Assembly (NCBI GenBank): GCA_003942085.1
Contig: DQIQ01000004.1
Span: forward strand, 1 to 63,144
Reading direction: 5' to 3'
Source: Thermoplasmata archaeon
GTDB taxonomy: Archaea > Thermoplasmatota > E2 > DHVEG-1
Length of the DNA: 63,144 bases
Part shown: positions 1-9,025 of the stretch, piece by piece
Layout: every line of letters starts with the position of its first letter
How positions within the stretch are numbered: the first letter of the stretch is position 1
The notes under the pieces: generated by a model
Seen by the model: only the letters and a program-made list of their open reading frames with translations
The model's database searches: none
Told to the model about the DNA's origin: nothing
Translations under genes and position numbers: made by a program

Positions 1-146
1 AGGTAGGAACACCTTTTTGCATCACGGTTGATCATGATTCACTGGTCGACAATAAGGTCACGGTACGGAATCGTGATACCACCAAGCAAGAAAGAGAAAA
101 AATAGAGGATATCGTCTCATATATCAAGCGGAACATATCCTGCTAA
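1..146 (+). CDS. glyS: glycine--tRNA ligase, C-terminal fragment (gene begins upstream of window)
   Basis: Frame open from window edge to TAA at 144-146. The tail GTPFCITVDHDSLVDNKVTVRNRDTTKQEREKIEDIVSYIKRNIS fits the anticodon-binding C-terminus of archaeal/eukaryal-type GlyRS (PFxITVD...VTVRxRD). Confidence 0.6.
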   Translation, partial: VGTPFCITVDHDSLVDNKVTVRNRDTTKQEREKIEDIVSYIKRNISC

Positions 147-152
147 TTTTTT

Positions 153-1469
153 TTAAAACATCTTTAGTGTTTCATCGACAATTTCCAATGCCTCATCGAT
201 TTCTTCAGCAGAGATTGTCAATGGCGGACGGAATCGTATGGTGTGCGATCCGCACGTAAGAACCAGAAGAGAGCGTGCATACAGTTTGCTTTTCAGGCTG
301 TCTCTTTCTTCTGGTGTTCGCAGATCAAAGGCGCACATGAGCCCTCGTCCACGCGCATTAGAAATCTTATGCGGATATTTCTTTTCGATTTCTTCCAGTC
401 CCTGCTGTAATCGTTTCCCTTGTGTTTCCGCATTTTTTATTAGATTTTCTTTTTCGATCACTTCCAGATATTTCTGACAGCGGACCATGTCGACGAGGTT
501 TCCGCCCCACGTCGAATTCAGGCGGCTTTCCACTGCAAAAACGTTGTCCTTGACTTCATCGACACGGTCGCTTACCATGATTCCGCAGACCTGTGTTTTT
601 TTGCCGAATGCAAGGATATCTGGTTCGAAATCGAAATGTTGATACGCCCACATCTTCCCGGTCAAGCCAACACCGCTTTGCACTTCATCGACGATGAACA
701 TAATCTCGTGTTTATCACAGAGTCGTCGGAGATCAGAGAAGAACTCCTTGCGGAAATGGTTGTCTCCTCCTTCACCCTGGATTGGCTCAATGATAAGGGC
801 AGCGATGTCACCCGGATTCTGCGCCACTGCTTTTTCTATCTCAGTGACCGCTTGTGCTTCAAGTGCCTGGACGTTTTTTAAATTTTGATTGTTTAATGGA
901 AATTCTATCTTTGGGTTCACGATGCGCGGCCAGTCAAACTTCGTGAAATATTTTGTTTTGTTCACATTAAAGGTGTTGGTCATGGAAAGGGTATAGCCTG
1001 TTCTCCCATGAAATGCATCTTTGAAATGAATGACTTTTCTGCCGATTTCTCCTTTCCCCAATTCGATGTTCTTTCGTATCTTCCAGTCAAAAGCGGTTTT
1101 CACACCGTTTTCTATCGCAAGAGCCCCACCACTGATAAAAAACAGATGATGGAAGTGCTCTGGGACTGCACATTTTGCAAACGCTTCGACAAATTCAGCC
1201 ATCTCAACAGTATAGATATCAGAGTTCGTCGGGTTGTTTATTGCAACTTCCCCCATTTTTTTGACAAAGTCCGGGTCAGTCAAAGCGGGATGGTTGCATC
1301 CTAATGGAGCAGTAGCAAAAAACGAGAAACCATCAAGGAAATATTTCCCTGTTCGAGAATCATAGATCCGGCATCCCTTGCTTTTCTTGAGATCCAAGAC
1401 GAGGTCGAACCCGTCCGCAAGCATATATCGTCCAAGTGTCTTGTGGACATCTGTTGGTTTCATCTTCAT
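153..1469 (-). CDS. lat: L-lysine 6-transaminase (class III PLP aminotransferase)
   Basis: 438-aa ORF. The N-terminus VHKTLGRYMLADGFDLVLDLKKSKGCRIYDSRTGKYFLDGFSFFATAPLGCNHPAL resembles the LAT family. Class III aminotransferase core present (DEVQSGVGLTGK). Confidence 0.75.
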   Translation of the reverse strand: MKMKPTDVHKTLGRYMLADGFDLVLDLKKSKGCRIYDSRTGKYFLDGFSFFATAPLGCNHPALTDPDFVKKMGEVAINNPTNSDIYTVEMAEFVEAFAKCAVPEHFHHLFFISGGALAIENGVKTAFDWKIRKNIELGKGEIGRKVIHFKDAFHGRTGYTLSMTNTFNVNKTKYFTKFDWPRIVNPKIEFPLNNQNLKNVQALEAQAVTEIEKAVAQNPGDIAALIIEPIQGEGGDNHFRKEFFSDLRRLCDKHEIMFIVDEVQSGVGLTGKMWAYQHFDFEPDILAFGKKTQVCGIMVSDRVDEVKDNVFAVESRLNSTWGGNLVDMVRCQKYLEVIEKENLIKNAETQGKRLQQGLEEIEKKYPHKISNARGRGLMCAFDLRTPEERDSLKSKLYARSLLVLTCGSHTIRFRPPLTISAEEIDEALEIVDETLKMF

Positions 1470-1572
1470 ACGAGCAATTCTCCTGTAAAATAGGACTGTT
1501 CTTGCGTTGAGCGGTATACTTCCTTGTTATAAAATAATATCGGTGGTTTGTATCGCCAGGAAAACGCTATGA

Positions 1573-2901
1573 TCACTTTTTTAATCGCTCTGTTTTCTCA
1601 TCGAATTTTATGCCCATTTCTTCCAGTTCATCTAGAATAGGGTTGTAGATTTCTGGGATAACCGGGATATGAACGCCGGTCATGGTAATTTCTTTGTTCA
1701 GAACCATCTTGACTGCGATAGCAGCGGGAAGTGCAACAGTACGCGCAACAGAGGTATCTCCATCGGGGATGCCGTAGTCAACCAAGGTTGAGGTCACATA
1801 CTCCTTTTTGGAAGGATACTCTGCGATGAACTCATGATGCATGACGACCATGTCTCGCTCGTGCTGGCCCATGGACATCTTTTGTAAGGTCAGTACATTG
1901 AGGTAATCTAAGGGGTTGTTTTTGTCTTTCGGGAGGGGTTCGTTTCCAAACAATCCGAGCCACTCAAGTCGTTTGATGACTGCAGCATATGGTTTAAGGC
2001 CGAGATATAATGCGGTTGTTAAGGGGAGATTGTCCTTTGGTTTCGCACCAATTAAATGTCGGGTGAGATCCCCGTATGTTTTCCCGGAGAATCCCTTCGG
2101 AAGTTCCTCAGAAAGCCATCCTAGTGCAACGATATTTCGAAGAGTTTCGCACCAGCCGGTCATCCGGAACGTCCCGCGATACACGGTGGTTGCATCTTTT
2201 AACCCATAGATGTCTTTGTACGGCACTGAATTTCGGTTTGGATAGTTCTCAAAAGCTCCAACGCCTTTTACATTTTGGATGATATAGTTTTCAAAGAGCT
2301 GTTCACCGGGAATGGAGATTTCTTTGCCTGTCTCCAGCCATTTGGCAGCGTTACGGGACGCAAGCAGCACTCCTCGTGGTGACCATGAGAACTTATACCC
2401 GAACGGATTGTTGTTAGCCTCATGGGACGGAAGAGCACCGGTGGTCGATCGGAAACTGACGACCTTTCCACCGCTGTTTTCGATAGCATGGATGATCCGC
2501 ATCGCTGACATATGGTCGATACCCGGGTCAAGACCGCATTCATTAAGGATGAGAATCCCTGCGGTTTTTGCTTTCTGGTAAAGTGCTTTCATCGCGTCGC
2601 TGACGTAGGAGGTGGTGATCATCTGTTTCTTATGTTTTATACACATCTCTGCGACCTTTACATGGTAGGTATAAGGCAGGAGACTGACCACGACATCAGC
2701 TTGGGAAACGAAATCCTCAACTTTTTTATCGTCATTGACATCTAACGCATGTGCTTCTCCCCGAGGATGACCATGGATCATTTCTTCTGCTTTGGAAACG
2801 GTCCTGCTTGCCATGATCACATGAAAATCAGGTTGATCTAAAAGATATTGAATCATCGGTCGAGAGACCATGCCTGCGCCAAGGACAAGTATTTTTTTCA
2901 T
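1573..2901 (-). CDS. saccharopine dehydrogenase (NADP+, L-glutamate-forming)-like, homolog of the SDH half of AASS / LYS9
   Basis: 442-aa ORF with Rossmann N-terminus KKILVLGAGMVSRP. Motifs SLLPY, GLDPGIDHM, NNNPFGYKFSWSPRGVL and YPNRNS are typical of saccharopine reductase. Confidence 0.8.
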   Translation of the reverse strand: MKKILVLGAGMVSRPMIQYLLDQPDFHVIMASRTVSKAEEMIHGHPRGEAHALDVNDDKKVEDFVSQADVVVSLLPYTYHVKVAEMCIKHKKQMITTSYVSDAMKALYQKAKTAGILILNECGLDPGIDHMSAMRIIHAIENSGGKVVSFRSTTGALPSHEANNNPFGYKFSWSPRGVLLASRNAAKWLETGKEISIPGEQLFENYIIQNVKGVGAFENYPNRNSVPYKDIYGLKDATTVYRGTFRMTGWCETLRNIVALGWLSEELPKGFSGKTYGDLTRHLIGAKPKDNLPLTTALYLGLKPYAAVIKRLEWLGLFGNEPLPKDKNNPLDYLNVLTLQKMSMGQHERDMVVMHHEFIAEYPSKKEYVTSTLVDYGIPDGDTSVARTVALPAAIAVKMVLNKEITMTGVHIPVIPEIYNPILDELEEMGIKFDEKTERLKK

Positions 2902-2950
2902 AACATTGCCTCCAAATATGTAAAATTGTTAAGTGGCGAAACAAATGACC

Positions 2951-4258
2951 TTATAAATATTTGTTGATGTAACGATAGGAAGGAGTAAGCCTCCCCTGAT
3001 ACAGTACCACCGCGTTCTTTATCTCAACGGGCAAGGCTACCGCCTCAAAATCAGCGGCCGTGAAATCAGCGTTCATAATCTCAGGGACGAACCGTAAAAG
3101 GGTTTCGCTGAACGACTGGGACGACTCCCGGGGCAGTTCACAGGGGAGGTTATCAACAACCATGACCACCACACCGTCGCCTTCGTACCCATCCTTTATC
3201 GAATCTGTGCGAGGATCGTAAACAAAAACAGGATTATCGGGGGTGGTCGTCTTTTCTGTAAACTCGATGGCACCGTTGACATCCGAGCTGATATCCCCGA
3301 TCACCTTCAGACGTGGTTTTTCTTTTGATTCAAAGGTTTTTTTCATATAGCTCTTGGTAAGGAGTCGCGGATACTGTGCACTCCAGAAGATGCAGTTCAT
3401 GAGAATGGAAAGAGAAGGAATATATCTCTCGAATGCTGAACGATACGCTTCAGGGTGGCTGTAGTAGTCCTGCAGATCAAATTTTTTATTAGGCAAAACA
3501 GGTTCTACCATGTGTTCTTCTTTGAACACCACCTTGTAGATTACGGTGTTTGAAGGGTTTTTAAAAACTGAGTCGAGTTCCTCTGGTTTTATTTCTTTTG
3601 TCGGGAGAACATCAAGGATTTCTTGGGCGCCACCTGAGACATTGCCATAACCGGAAAAACCGATGATCAGCGGTGTTAAAGAAGCAGGCAACCCTTTGGT
3701 TTTTATCTCCCTGCCAACAACGGTGAGGTGTTTCTTGATATCATCTAAATCCTTGTAATGGATCGTCTGTTTGATCTTAGTAAACGATGAGTCTATCTGC
3801 TCCCAGGATACTCGCTGTCCGAACGTCCACAGGGTATCGACCATACCAGCTAGACCAGCAAACCTGCCGAAGAACACCAGCCGCATTCCCTTTGCATCGA
3901 CGATGCGTTCGTAATCGATCAGGGTGCATCCCTGTTCCATCATCTTTTTCAGCATCGGCATATTATGCTGCTGACCCTTGATGGTATGGGAAAAAAACAC
4001 GTAGGTTTTTCCATGCTCAAAAAAATCAATAGGGATTTCTTTTACTGCAAAAACAACTGAACTGGGCTGTAAGCTATCCTGAACATGGGCACCTGCCGCT
4101 CGATAATCGTCCTCTGAGAACACACGGATATCCGAGGGTTGGATGAATGTTTCAATCCCGTATTTTTTTTTCAGTTCAGAAACATGCTGAGGGGTGAGAG
4201 GGACTCGTTGTTCCCAGCGGTTCTTATCTTCCCGTCGTATTCCTAGTGCGGCACTCAT
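2951..4258 (-). CDS. lysine-ketoglutarate reductase-like (saccharopine dehydrogenase, L-lysine-forming; AlaDH/PNT fold)
   Basis: ALGIRREDKNRWEQRVPLTPQHV, FFSHTIKGQQHNM and LIDYERIVD match the LKR half of bifunctional AASS. The ATG at 4258 is preferred over the ORF-track start at 4282. Confidence 0.7.
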   Translation of the reverse strand: MSAALGIRREDKNRWEQRVPLTPQHVSELKKKYGIETFIQPSDIRVFSEDDYRAAGAHVQDSLQPSSVVFAVKEIPIDFFEHGKTYVFFSHTIKGQQHNMPMLKKMMEQGCTLIDYERIVDAKGMRLVFFGRFAGLAGMVDTLWTFGQRVSWEQIDSSFTKIKQTIHYKDLDDIKKHLTVVGREIKTKGLPASLTPLIIGFSGYGNVSGGAQEILDVLPTKEIKPEELDSVFKNPSNTVIYKVVFKEEHMVEPVLPNKKFDLQDYYSHPEAYRSAFERYIPSLSILMNCIFWSAQYPRLLTKSYMKKTFESKEKPRLKVIGDISSDVNGAIEFTEKTTTPDNPVFVYDPRTDSIKDGYEGDGVVVMVVDNLPCELPRESSQSFSETLLRFVPEIMNADFTAADFEAVALPVEIKNAVVLYQGRLTPSYRYINKYL

Positions 4259-4358
4259 GCAGTAACACCCACGACTCCCCATCCGTTTTCATTTAAAAGG
4301 CTTTCCGGGCGTCTTTTTCGCAACAACAGAAGATAAAAGCATCATAATTCTTTTGGAG

Positions 4359-4431
4359 AAAAAAAATAGATGAGGAGAGAGGGAAGAAGGGAGGAGAAGG
4401 AGGAAGGAAGGGAGGCTCCCCTCTCTCATCT
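4359..4431 (-). terminator. hairpin plus U8 tract downstream of beta-propeller gene 1
   Basis: On the minus strand, an imperfect 13-bp stem (AGATGAGAGAGGG / CCCTCT..CTCATCT) encloses a pyrimidine-rich loop. It is followed 1 nt later by T8 (plus-strand A8 at 4359-4366). Confidence 0.5.
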
Positions 4432-4446
4432 GTACTTAAGTATGAA

Positions 4447-6468
4447 CTACGACAGTTTGACGCTGGATATGTCGCTGAGATCTGCTAGATTGTTCATCTT
4501 TACCATCGAGTCAGACACAGTATAGAGGACGTCGCCGATATACAGCGTCCTGGTAATGTCGGTGTTTGACGTGCCCCAGTACCAGTAATAGTCAGAGGGG
4601 TGCTGCATCTGCTCCGGGGTCTGATGGGTGATGCGTCCTTTGAACTCAAAGCCACCATCAAGGCTGAGCCGGTAGACATAGGCGCCCTGGAAGGTGAACT
4701 CACCAAAGAGGGTATCAGTCCCATTGCTTGCGATGTATCGGTCTTTGACTTCCTGGGTGATCTCATAGAGGCTGACAGGAATGACGAGGAGTTGTTTGTC
4801 TTTGTCGAAAAGGAACGCCTTGTGGTCATAGAGAGCAGGGCTATCGGTTCCACGGTCGCCGATGACAACCTTTGCAACTTCTTTCGGGTTCTCAAAGTCG
4901 CTCACATCGAACAGTGCGATTTTTAATCCGAGGATAGCGGTATAATAGATTGCTCCTGGCGTGTGAACCTTATCCGCATCAATGGTTGGATCGACTTCTT
5001 TTCCGATGCCGATGATATGAGTCTCATCGTAGGGATGGAGATACTCGGAGTAACCGGGGATCTTCAGCTCGCCAAGGATGCGTGGGTTGTAGGGATCAGA
5101 CAGATCGACCGTGAAGAGCGGGTCGACCTGAACAAAGGTGACAAGATACGCGCGATCCCCCAGGAATCGTGCTGCGTAGATGGACTCGCCAGGTGCGATG
5201 TTCTCGATCTGGGAGACTTGTTTGAGGTTTTCGTCAAGGATGTAGATATTGTTACTGGTTTGTGTTCCTTCTCCCCAGTTGTTCCCAACGGTGGTTGCGA
5301 TTCTGAAAAACCCGTTGTGTTCATCCAAGGAGAACTGGTTTAGGATATGGCCCGGGACTTCACCCTGCGCAATATAGGTGACAGCACCGGTGGTTATTGA
5401 GATCTTATGCAGAATCGTGGTTTCCTGTTCGCTGGTTGATGATCTGTCTACTGGTGTTCGGTATAACAAGGGATAGTACGGATAATGGGCTGAGGCAAGG
5501 AAAATATTGTTTTTTGACACATACATCGTCTGGGAGCTGCCTAGCATGAAGCTTTTTTCAACAATATCGTTGGTATCAAGGTTCAGCGACACTACATGGG
5601 TCATGCTGTCAGAGAGCTCCGGGACATCAACGTAGTAGATGTCACCTGCGGAGATGTTCGTTGTTACGTTATCGATGCTGATCTGAGGGACATTGAGAGT
5701 GTAATTTTTCTCATCCAATGCTTGGTAAATATTATAGGTGTACTCGGTTGCGACCACATAGACAAATTCATCGATCAGCCGGGCGTCAAAGTATCCACCG
5801 TCGATCCTGATTTCCTTTATCAAAGCTGGACTACCCCGGTTGCTGAGATCATAGACGTTTATGACGGTCTGCGAGACACCACCCCACCAGATATCCAGTG
5901 AATTAACCGCTATTTTAGCATCTCCGCTCATGAGCGGATAGGGGTAGGAGCCACCAGAGTCACCAAAGATAACAAGGCGGTCCCCATGGATGAAGATGTT
6001 ACTGATGGTGACGTTCGTAATACTGATCTGAGACAGAATTGTTGCTTCTGCTGTCGGATATGCTTTGATGATGTAGACGGTCTGGTTTGCTACCACGTAG
6101 AGGTAGGTTCCATCGGTTTTCACGATATCAGGCTCGTCGACACCTGCGACCTGAACATTGGTCGTTGAATAAGAAGGAGGCACCTCACCACCTTGAGTTG
6201 CTCCATCTGCAGTTGGGGCTTGTCCAGATTTTTCAAACAAAACATTTGGACCTCCACCATTGTAACGTCCCTGGTTTCCGCTGGCTTCGAACCGTGCGTG
6301 GAGGAACGTAAGGAGATCATCATAGTTGGTGAACGTGTTGAGTTTGTAGGTATAGGCTCCTTTATCAAGTGGCGAGAGAGTGATGACTGCTACAAGACTT
6401 GCGCACGTCAGCATGCTTACAATCAAGATTCCTGTTATTTGCGTGGTTTTCTTTTCCATAGTAATCAC
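4447..6468 (-). CDS. membrane-anchored/secreted beta-propeller domain protein (PF09826-like), paralog 1
   Basis: 673 aa with an N-terminal TM (ITGILIVSMLTCASLVAVI). Conserved blocks VSGVDEPDIVKTDGTYLY, DPLFTVDLSDPYNP.ILGELKIPGYSEYLHPYDETH.IGIG and YDHKAFLFDK are shared with the next gene. Confidence 0.7.
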   Translation of the reverse strand: MITMEKKTTQITGILIVSMLTCASLVAVITLSPLDKGAYTYKLNTFTNYDDLLTFLHARFEASGNQGRYNGGGPNVLFEKSGQAPTADGATQGGEVPPSYSTTNVQVAGVDEPDIVKTDGTYLYVVANQTVYIIKAYPTAEATILSQISITNVTISNIFIHGDRLVIFGDSGGSYPYPLMSGDAKIAVNSLDIWWGGVSQTVINVYDLSNRGSPALIKEIRIDGGYFDARLIDEFVYVVATEYTYNIYQALDEKNYTLNVPQISIDNVTTNISAGDIYYVDVPELSDSMTHVVSLNLDTNDIVEKSFMLGSSQTMYVSKNNIFLASAHYPYYPLLYRTPVDRSSTSEQETTILHKISITTGAVTYIAQGEVPGHILNQFSLDEHNGFFRIATTVGNNWGEGTQTSNNIYILDENLKQVSQIENIAPGESIYAARFLGDRAYLVTFVQVDPLFTVDLSDPYNPRILGELKIPGYSEYLHPYDETHIIGIGKEVDPTIDADKVHTPGAIYYTAILGLKIALFDVSDFENPKEVAKVVIGDRGTDSPALYDHKAFLFDKDKQLLVIPVSLYEITQEVKDRYIASNGTDTLFGEFTFQGAYVYRLSLDGGFEFKGRITHQTPEQMQHPSDYYWYWGTSNTDITRTLYIGDVLYTVSDSMVKMNNLADLSDISSVKLS

Positions 6469-6508
6469 ATCATTTTTCTAAGAGTAATCCCTGTTATGTC
6501 GGTGAGAG

Positions 6509-6545
6509 CTTATATAGTGTCTGAAAACGTTTGGGAAAAACCGAA
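6509..6545 (-). promoter_or_regulatory. conserved 37-nt upstream element with TATA-like box (copy 1)
   Basis: Identical 37-mer cttatatagtgtctgaaaacgtttgggaaaaaccgaa occurs at 6509-6545 and 8838-8874. On the coding strand it ends in CTATATAAG, 41-49 nt upstream of the ATG. Confidence 0.6.
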
Positions 6546-6628
6546 CAACAGGGGGTTTTTCGTTCCAGCTATCCTTTGTAAACCCTTATAGTAACTTCTT
6601 CATTCTGGGGGGGAAAAAGGAGGCGAGG

Positions 6629-6671
6629 AAAAAAAGAAAAAGAGATGAAAAGAGGACGGATGTGTCCCTCT
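6629..6671 (-). terminator. weak hairpin plus oligo-T tracts downstream of beta-propeller gene 2
   Basis: On the minus strand, the AGAGGGAC..GTCCTCT hairpin is followed by TTTCATCTCTTTTTCTTTTTTT (T5 and T7 runs). Confidence 0.4.
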
Positions 6672-6698
6672 TTTTTATGTTTATTATTTGTGTCTGTT

Positions 6699-8792
6699 TT
6701 ATGGAACAAGCGGTATGCTGTTAAGCTGAGCAAGGCTGTCGAGGTCGTTCATTTTTACCATGTTGTTCGAAATGGTGTACAGGGTGTTTTCGATGAACAG
6801 TGATCGTTGGATCGAGTTTCCTGAGGTTCCCCAGTAGTAGGTTGTGTCTTGTTCGGCTGCCTGATAGTCATGGGTGACAATCCCTTTGAGTGCGAGACCG
6901 TTCTGAAGCGAAATACCAAAGACATATGCTGATTGTTGAGAGTAGTTTCCAGCGGGGATGACCAAGATGCCTTTTTCTTTGTCAAAGAGGAACGCTTTAT
7001 GTTCATACAGTGCTGTTGATTCGGTCCACCAATAACTGTCCTTATCTGAGTTTTCAATGATGTATTGTGAGACTTCTACAGGGTTGCTCATGCTGGTGAT
7101 GTCGTAGAGTGCGATTTTCACAGCAGTGTTATTTCTTCCGATGCCGATGACATGGGTTTCATCGTAAGGATGTAGGTAGGTCGAATACCCGGGAATCTGT
7201 AGCTCGCCAAGGATTGTCAGGGTTGTCGGGTTGCTCAGGTCAATGACCATGAATGGGTCTGTCTGTTTGAAGGTAACAATGTAGCAGGTGGGACCGACGA
7301 ATCTGGTTGCATAGATACTTTCTCCACTATCAGGGGTGATATCTTCAAGGCTCCCGATGGTTTGTAAATCCATATCGAGCACGTAGAGGTTTGTTTCAGG
7401 GTTAATACTGCCGAAGATATAGCTGACTGAGCTGCCTTGTATGGTGGTCGCAACCCGGAGGTACCCGTTGTACTCATCAAGGGAGAACTGGTTGTTGATG
7501 TACCCAGGGACGCTTCCTTGTACCATATAGGTGATTTCTCCGTCATGGATGCTGATGCGGTGGATGATCGTCTGTTCTGTCTGTCTGATGAGATCACGAG
7601 TGAGCTGTTTCTTTTGGGCTTCAGGCATGGTGTTCTGTGCGTAGTTCTGCAATATCCAGAACGTGATTTCTTGTTTCTGGTAGTCTTGCAGATCCAAGGT
7701 TTTAACGCTCTCCAGTTGTGTTTTGACGCTCTCAGGTAGAATTGGTAGAATGATGTCATCAACTAGTTTTTGCAGCTGAGTATAATCGTAATACGACCAG
7801 GATGAGTAGGTGATGTAGATGTTCTCCTGGGATACATAGACGTTCTGGCTGGTTCCAAGTAAAAAGATCTTTGCGTGGATCTGCTCGTCGTCATTGTGGA
7901 TATTCACTGAGATAACATTGGTAAGGGTGCTGCTTTTCTCAGGACTGTCGATATAGTAAATGTCAGCTAAGGGGATGTCCACAACTTGTGCATTCAGCGT
8001 GAGGCGTGGCACTATTGAGGTGTTAGCATCAAGTGTCTGGGTATTGTAGGTGTATTGGGTGGTGATTACGTAGATATAAGCACCGATGAGTCGCGCGTCT
8101 GAGAGATACCCGCCGACGATGATTTCTTTTACTTGTTCTGGAGGACTGATGGTGGTAAGGTCGTAAATCTTGATGTAGGTGTCCGGTGAGCTGTACCAAG
8201 GCATGATCGAGGAAATGCTTTCTTTTTTCAGGGCATCCATCCCGGAGTCGTAGAGAATAGGATAATTCACCGATGATTGAGCGAAAATCACCAGTCGTGT
8301 CCCGTTGACAAAGATGTTTTGAATGGTAAGATTTTCAGCGACTGTTATGGTTGCTTGGATACTTGCGTTTGCCGCAGGGGTTGCTCTGATGATAAGAACC
8401 TTGTTTCCCGAGACGATATAAAGGTAGGTTCCATCGGTTTTGACGATATCTGGTTCGTCGACTCCTGAGACCTGTATGTTTGTTTTTGAATAATCAACGG
8501 TTTGACCACCTTGGGTGGCCTTCTCATCGGTTGCCAGTCCGCTTGTAACAACATTTGAGCCGACGCGGCTTGGGGCAGGCAGATTTCCTTGAGTATTGCT
8601 GTTCATCACTTTTTCATTGCTTGCTTGTAAAAAAGAGGTAAGTGTATGATACGAGTCAAAGTTTTTTACCTCATAGGTCGTTGTTGTGATTGGACCTGAT
8701 TGTTGGAACATGGCCACATAGGAGACGCTTGCAACAACCAGGATTGACACCAGCACGATTCCTAGCATTTGATATTGTTCTTTTTTGTTCAT
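6699..8792 (-). CDS. membrane-anchored/secreted beta-propeller domain protein (PF09826-like), paralog 2
   Basis: 697 aa with an N-terminal TM (MLGIVLVSILVVASVSYVAMF). Carries the same conserved blocks as 4447-6468 (VSGVDEPDIVKTDGTYLY, LGELQIPGYSTYLHPYDETHVIGIG, YEHKAFLFDK). Confidence 0.7.
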   Translation of the reverse strand: MNKKEQYQMLGIVLVSILVVASVSYVAMFQQSGPITTTTYEVKNFDSYHTLTSFLQASNEKVMNSNTQGNLPAPSRVGSNVVTSGLATDEKATQGGQTVDYSKTNIQVSGVDEPDIVKTDGTYLYIVSGNKVLIIRATPAANASIQATITVAENLTIQNIFVNGTRLVIFAQSSVNYPILYDSGMDALKKESISSIMPWYSSPDTYIKIYDLTTISPPEQVKEIIVGGYLSDARLIGAYIYVITTQYTYNTQTLDANTSIVPRLTLNAQVVDIPLADIYYIDSPEKSSTLTNVISVNIHNDDEQIHAKIFLLGTSQNVYVSQENIYITYSSWSYYDYTQLQKLVDDIILPILPESVKTQLESVKTLDLQDYQKQEITFWILQNYAQNTMPEAQKKQLTRDLIRQTEQTIIHRISIHDGEITYMVQGSVPGYINNQFSLDEYNGYLRVATTIQGSSVSYIFGSINPETNLYVLDMDLQTIGSLEDITPDSGESIYATRFVGPTCYIVTFKQTDPFMVIDLSNPTTLTILGELQIPGYSTYLHPYDETHVIGIGRNNTAVKIALYDITSMSNPVEVSQYIIENSDKDSYWWTESTALYEHKAFLFDKEKGILVIPAGNYSQQSAYVFGISLQNGLALKGIVTHDYQAAEQDTTYYWGTSGNSIQRSLFIENTLYTISNNMVKMNDLDSLAQLNSIPLVP

Positions 8793-8837
8793 GGTTTCAC
8801 ATCTTATCGTAGATTACTGTTGTAATATCTGTCAGAA

Positions 8838-8874
8838 CTTATATAGTGTCTGAAAACGTTTGGGAAAAACCGAA
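8838..8874 (-). promoter_or_regulatory. conserved 37-nt upstream element with TATA-like box (copy 2)
   Basis: Exact copy of 6509-6545, located 46-82 nt upstream of the ATG at 8792. Confidence 0.6.
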
Positions 8875-9025
8875 TAAACATAATTTTTTACAGATAAACA
8901 TAAGTTCAAATCTTCTTCGCTGTAAAATCACTGACTAATTCCGGGGGTTTAAATCCCTTCCACCTGTACTTTTTATAATTGATTTCATATTTAAAAAGAG
9001 TAAGCACTTAGTCTTTTAAACAGGG

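Noticed and set aside
4372-4415. 44-nt pure polypurine run (GAGGAGAGAGGGAAGAAGGGAGGAGAAGGAGGAAGGAAGGGAGG).
   Set aside because: I considered a low-complexity coding region, an H-DNA-forming element or a repeat array. It sits in the loop of the terminator-like hairpin between two minus-strand genes, and a similar purine-rich stretch follows the paralog (6606-6660). It is treated as part of the duplicated 3' flank rather than a separate element.
7235-7762. 175-aa ORF on the minus strand, in another frame, inside beta-propeller gene 2. There are similar long shadow ORFs at 6755-7057 and 4500-4895.
   Set aside because: It lies entirely within a gene that has strong family motifs in a different frame. 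Its translation is Ser/Thr/Arg/Lys-rich low complexity without recognisable domains, so it is a frame-shadow artefact.
6509-8874. Possibility that the exact 37-nt repeat marks a CRISPR array or mobile-element ends.
   Set aside because: There are only two copies, 2.3 kb apart, each at the same distance upstream of paralogous genes and containing a TATA-like box. No spacer-repeat periodicity and no transposase is present. It is explained by tandem gene duplication.
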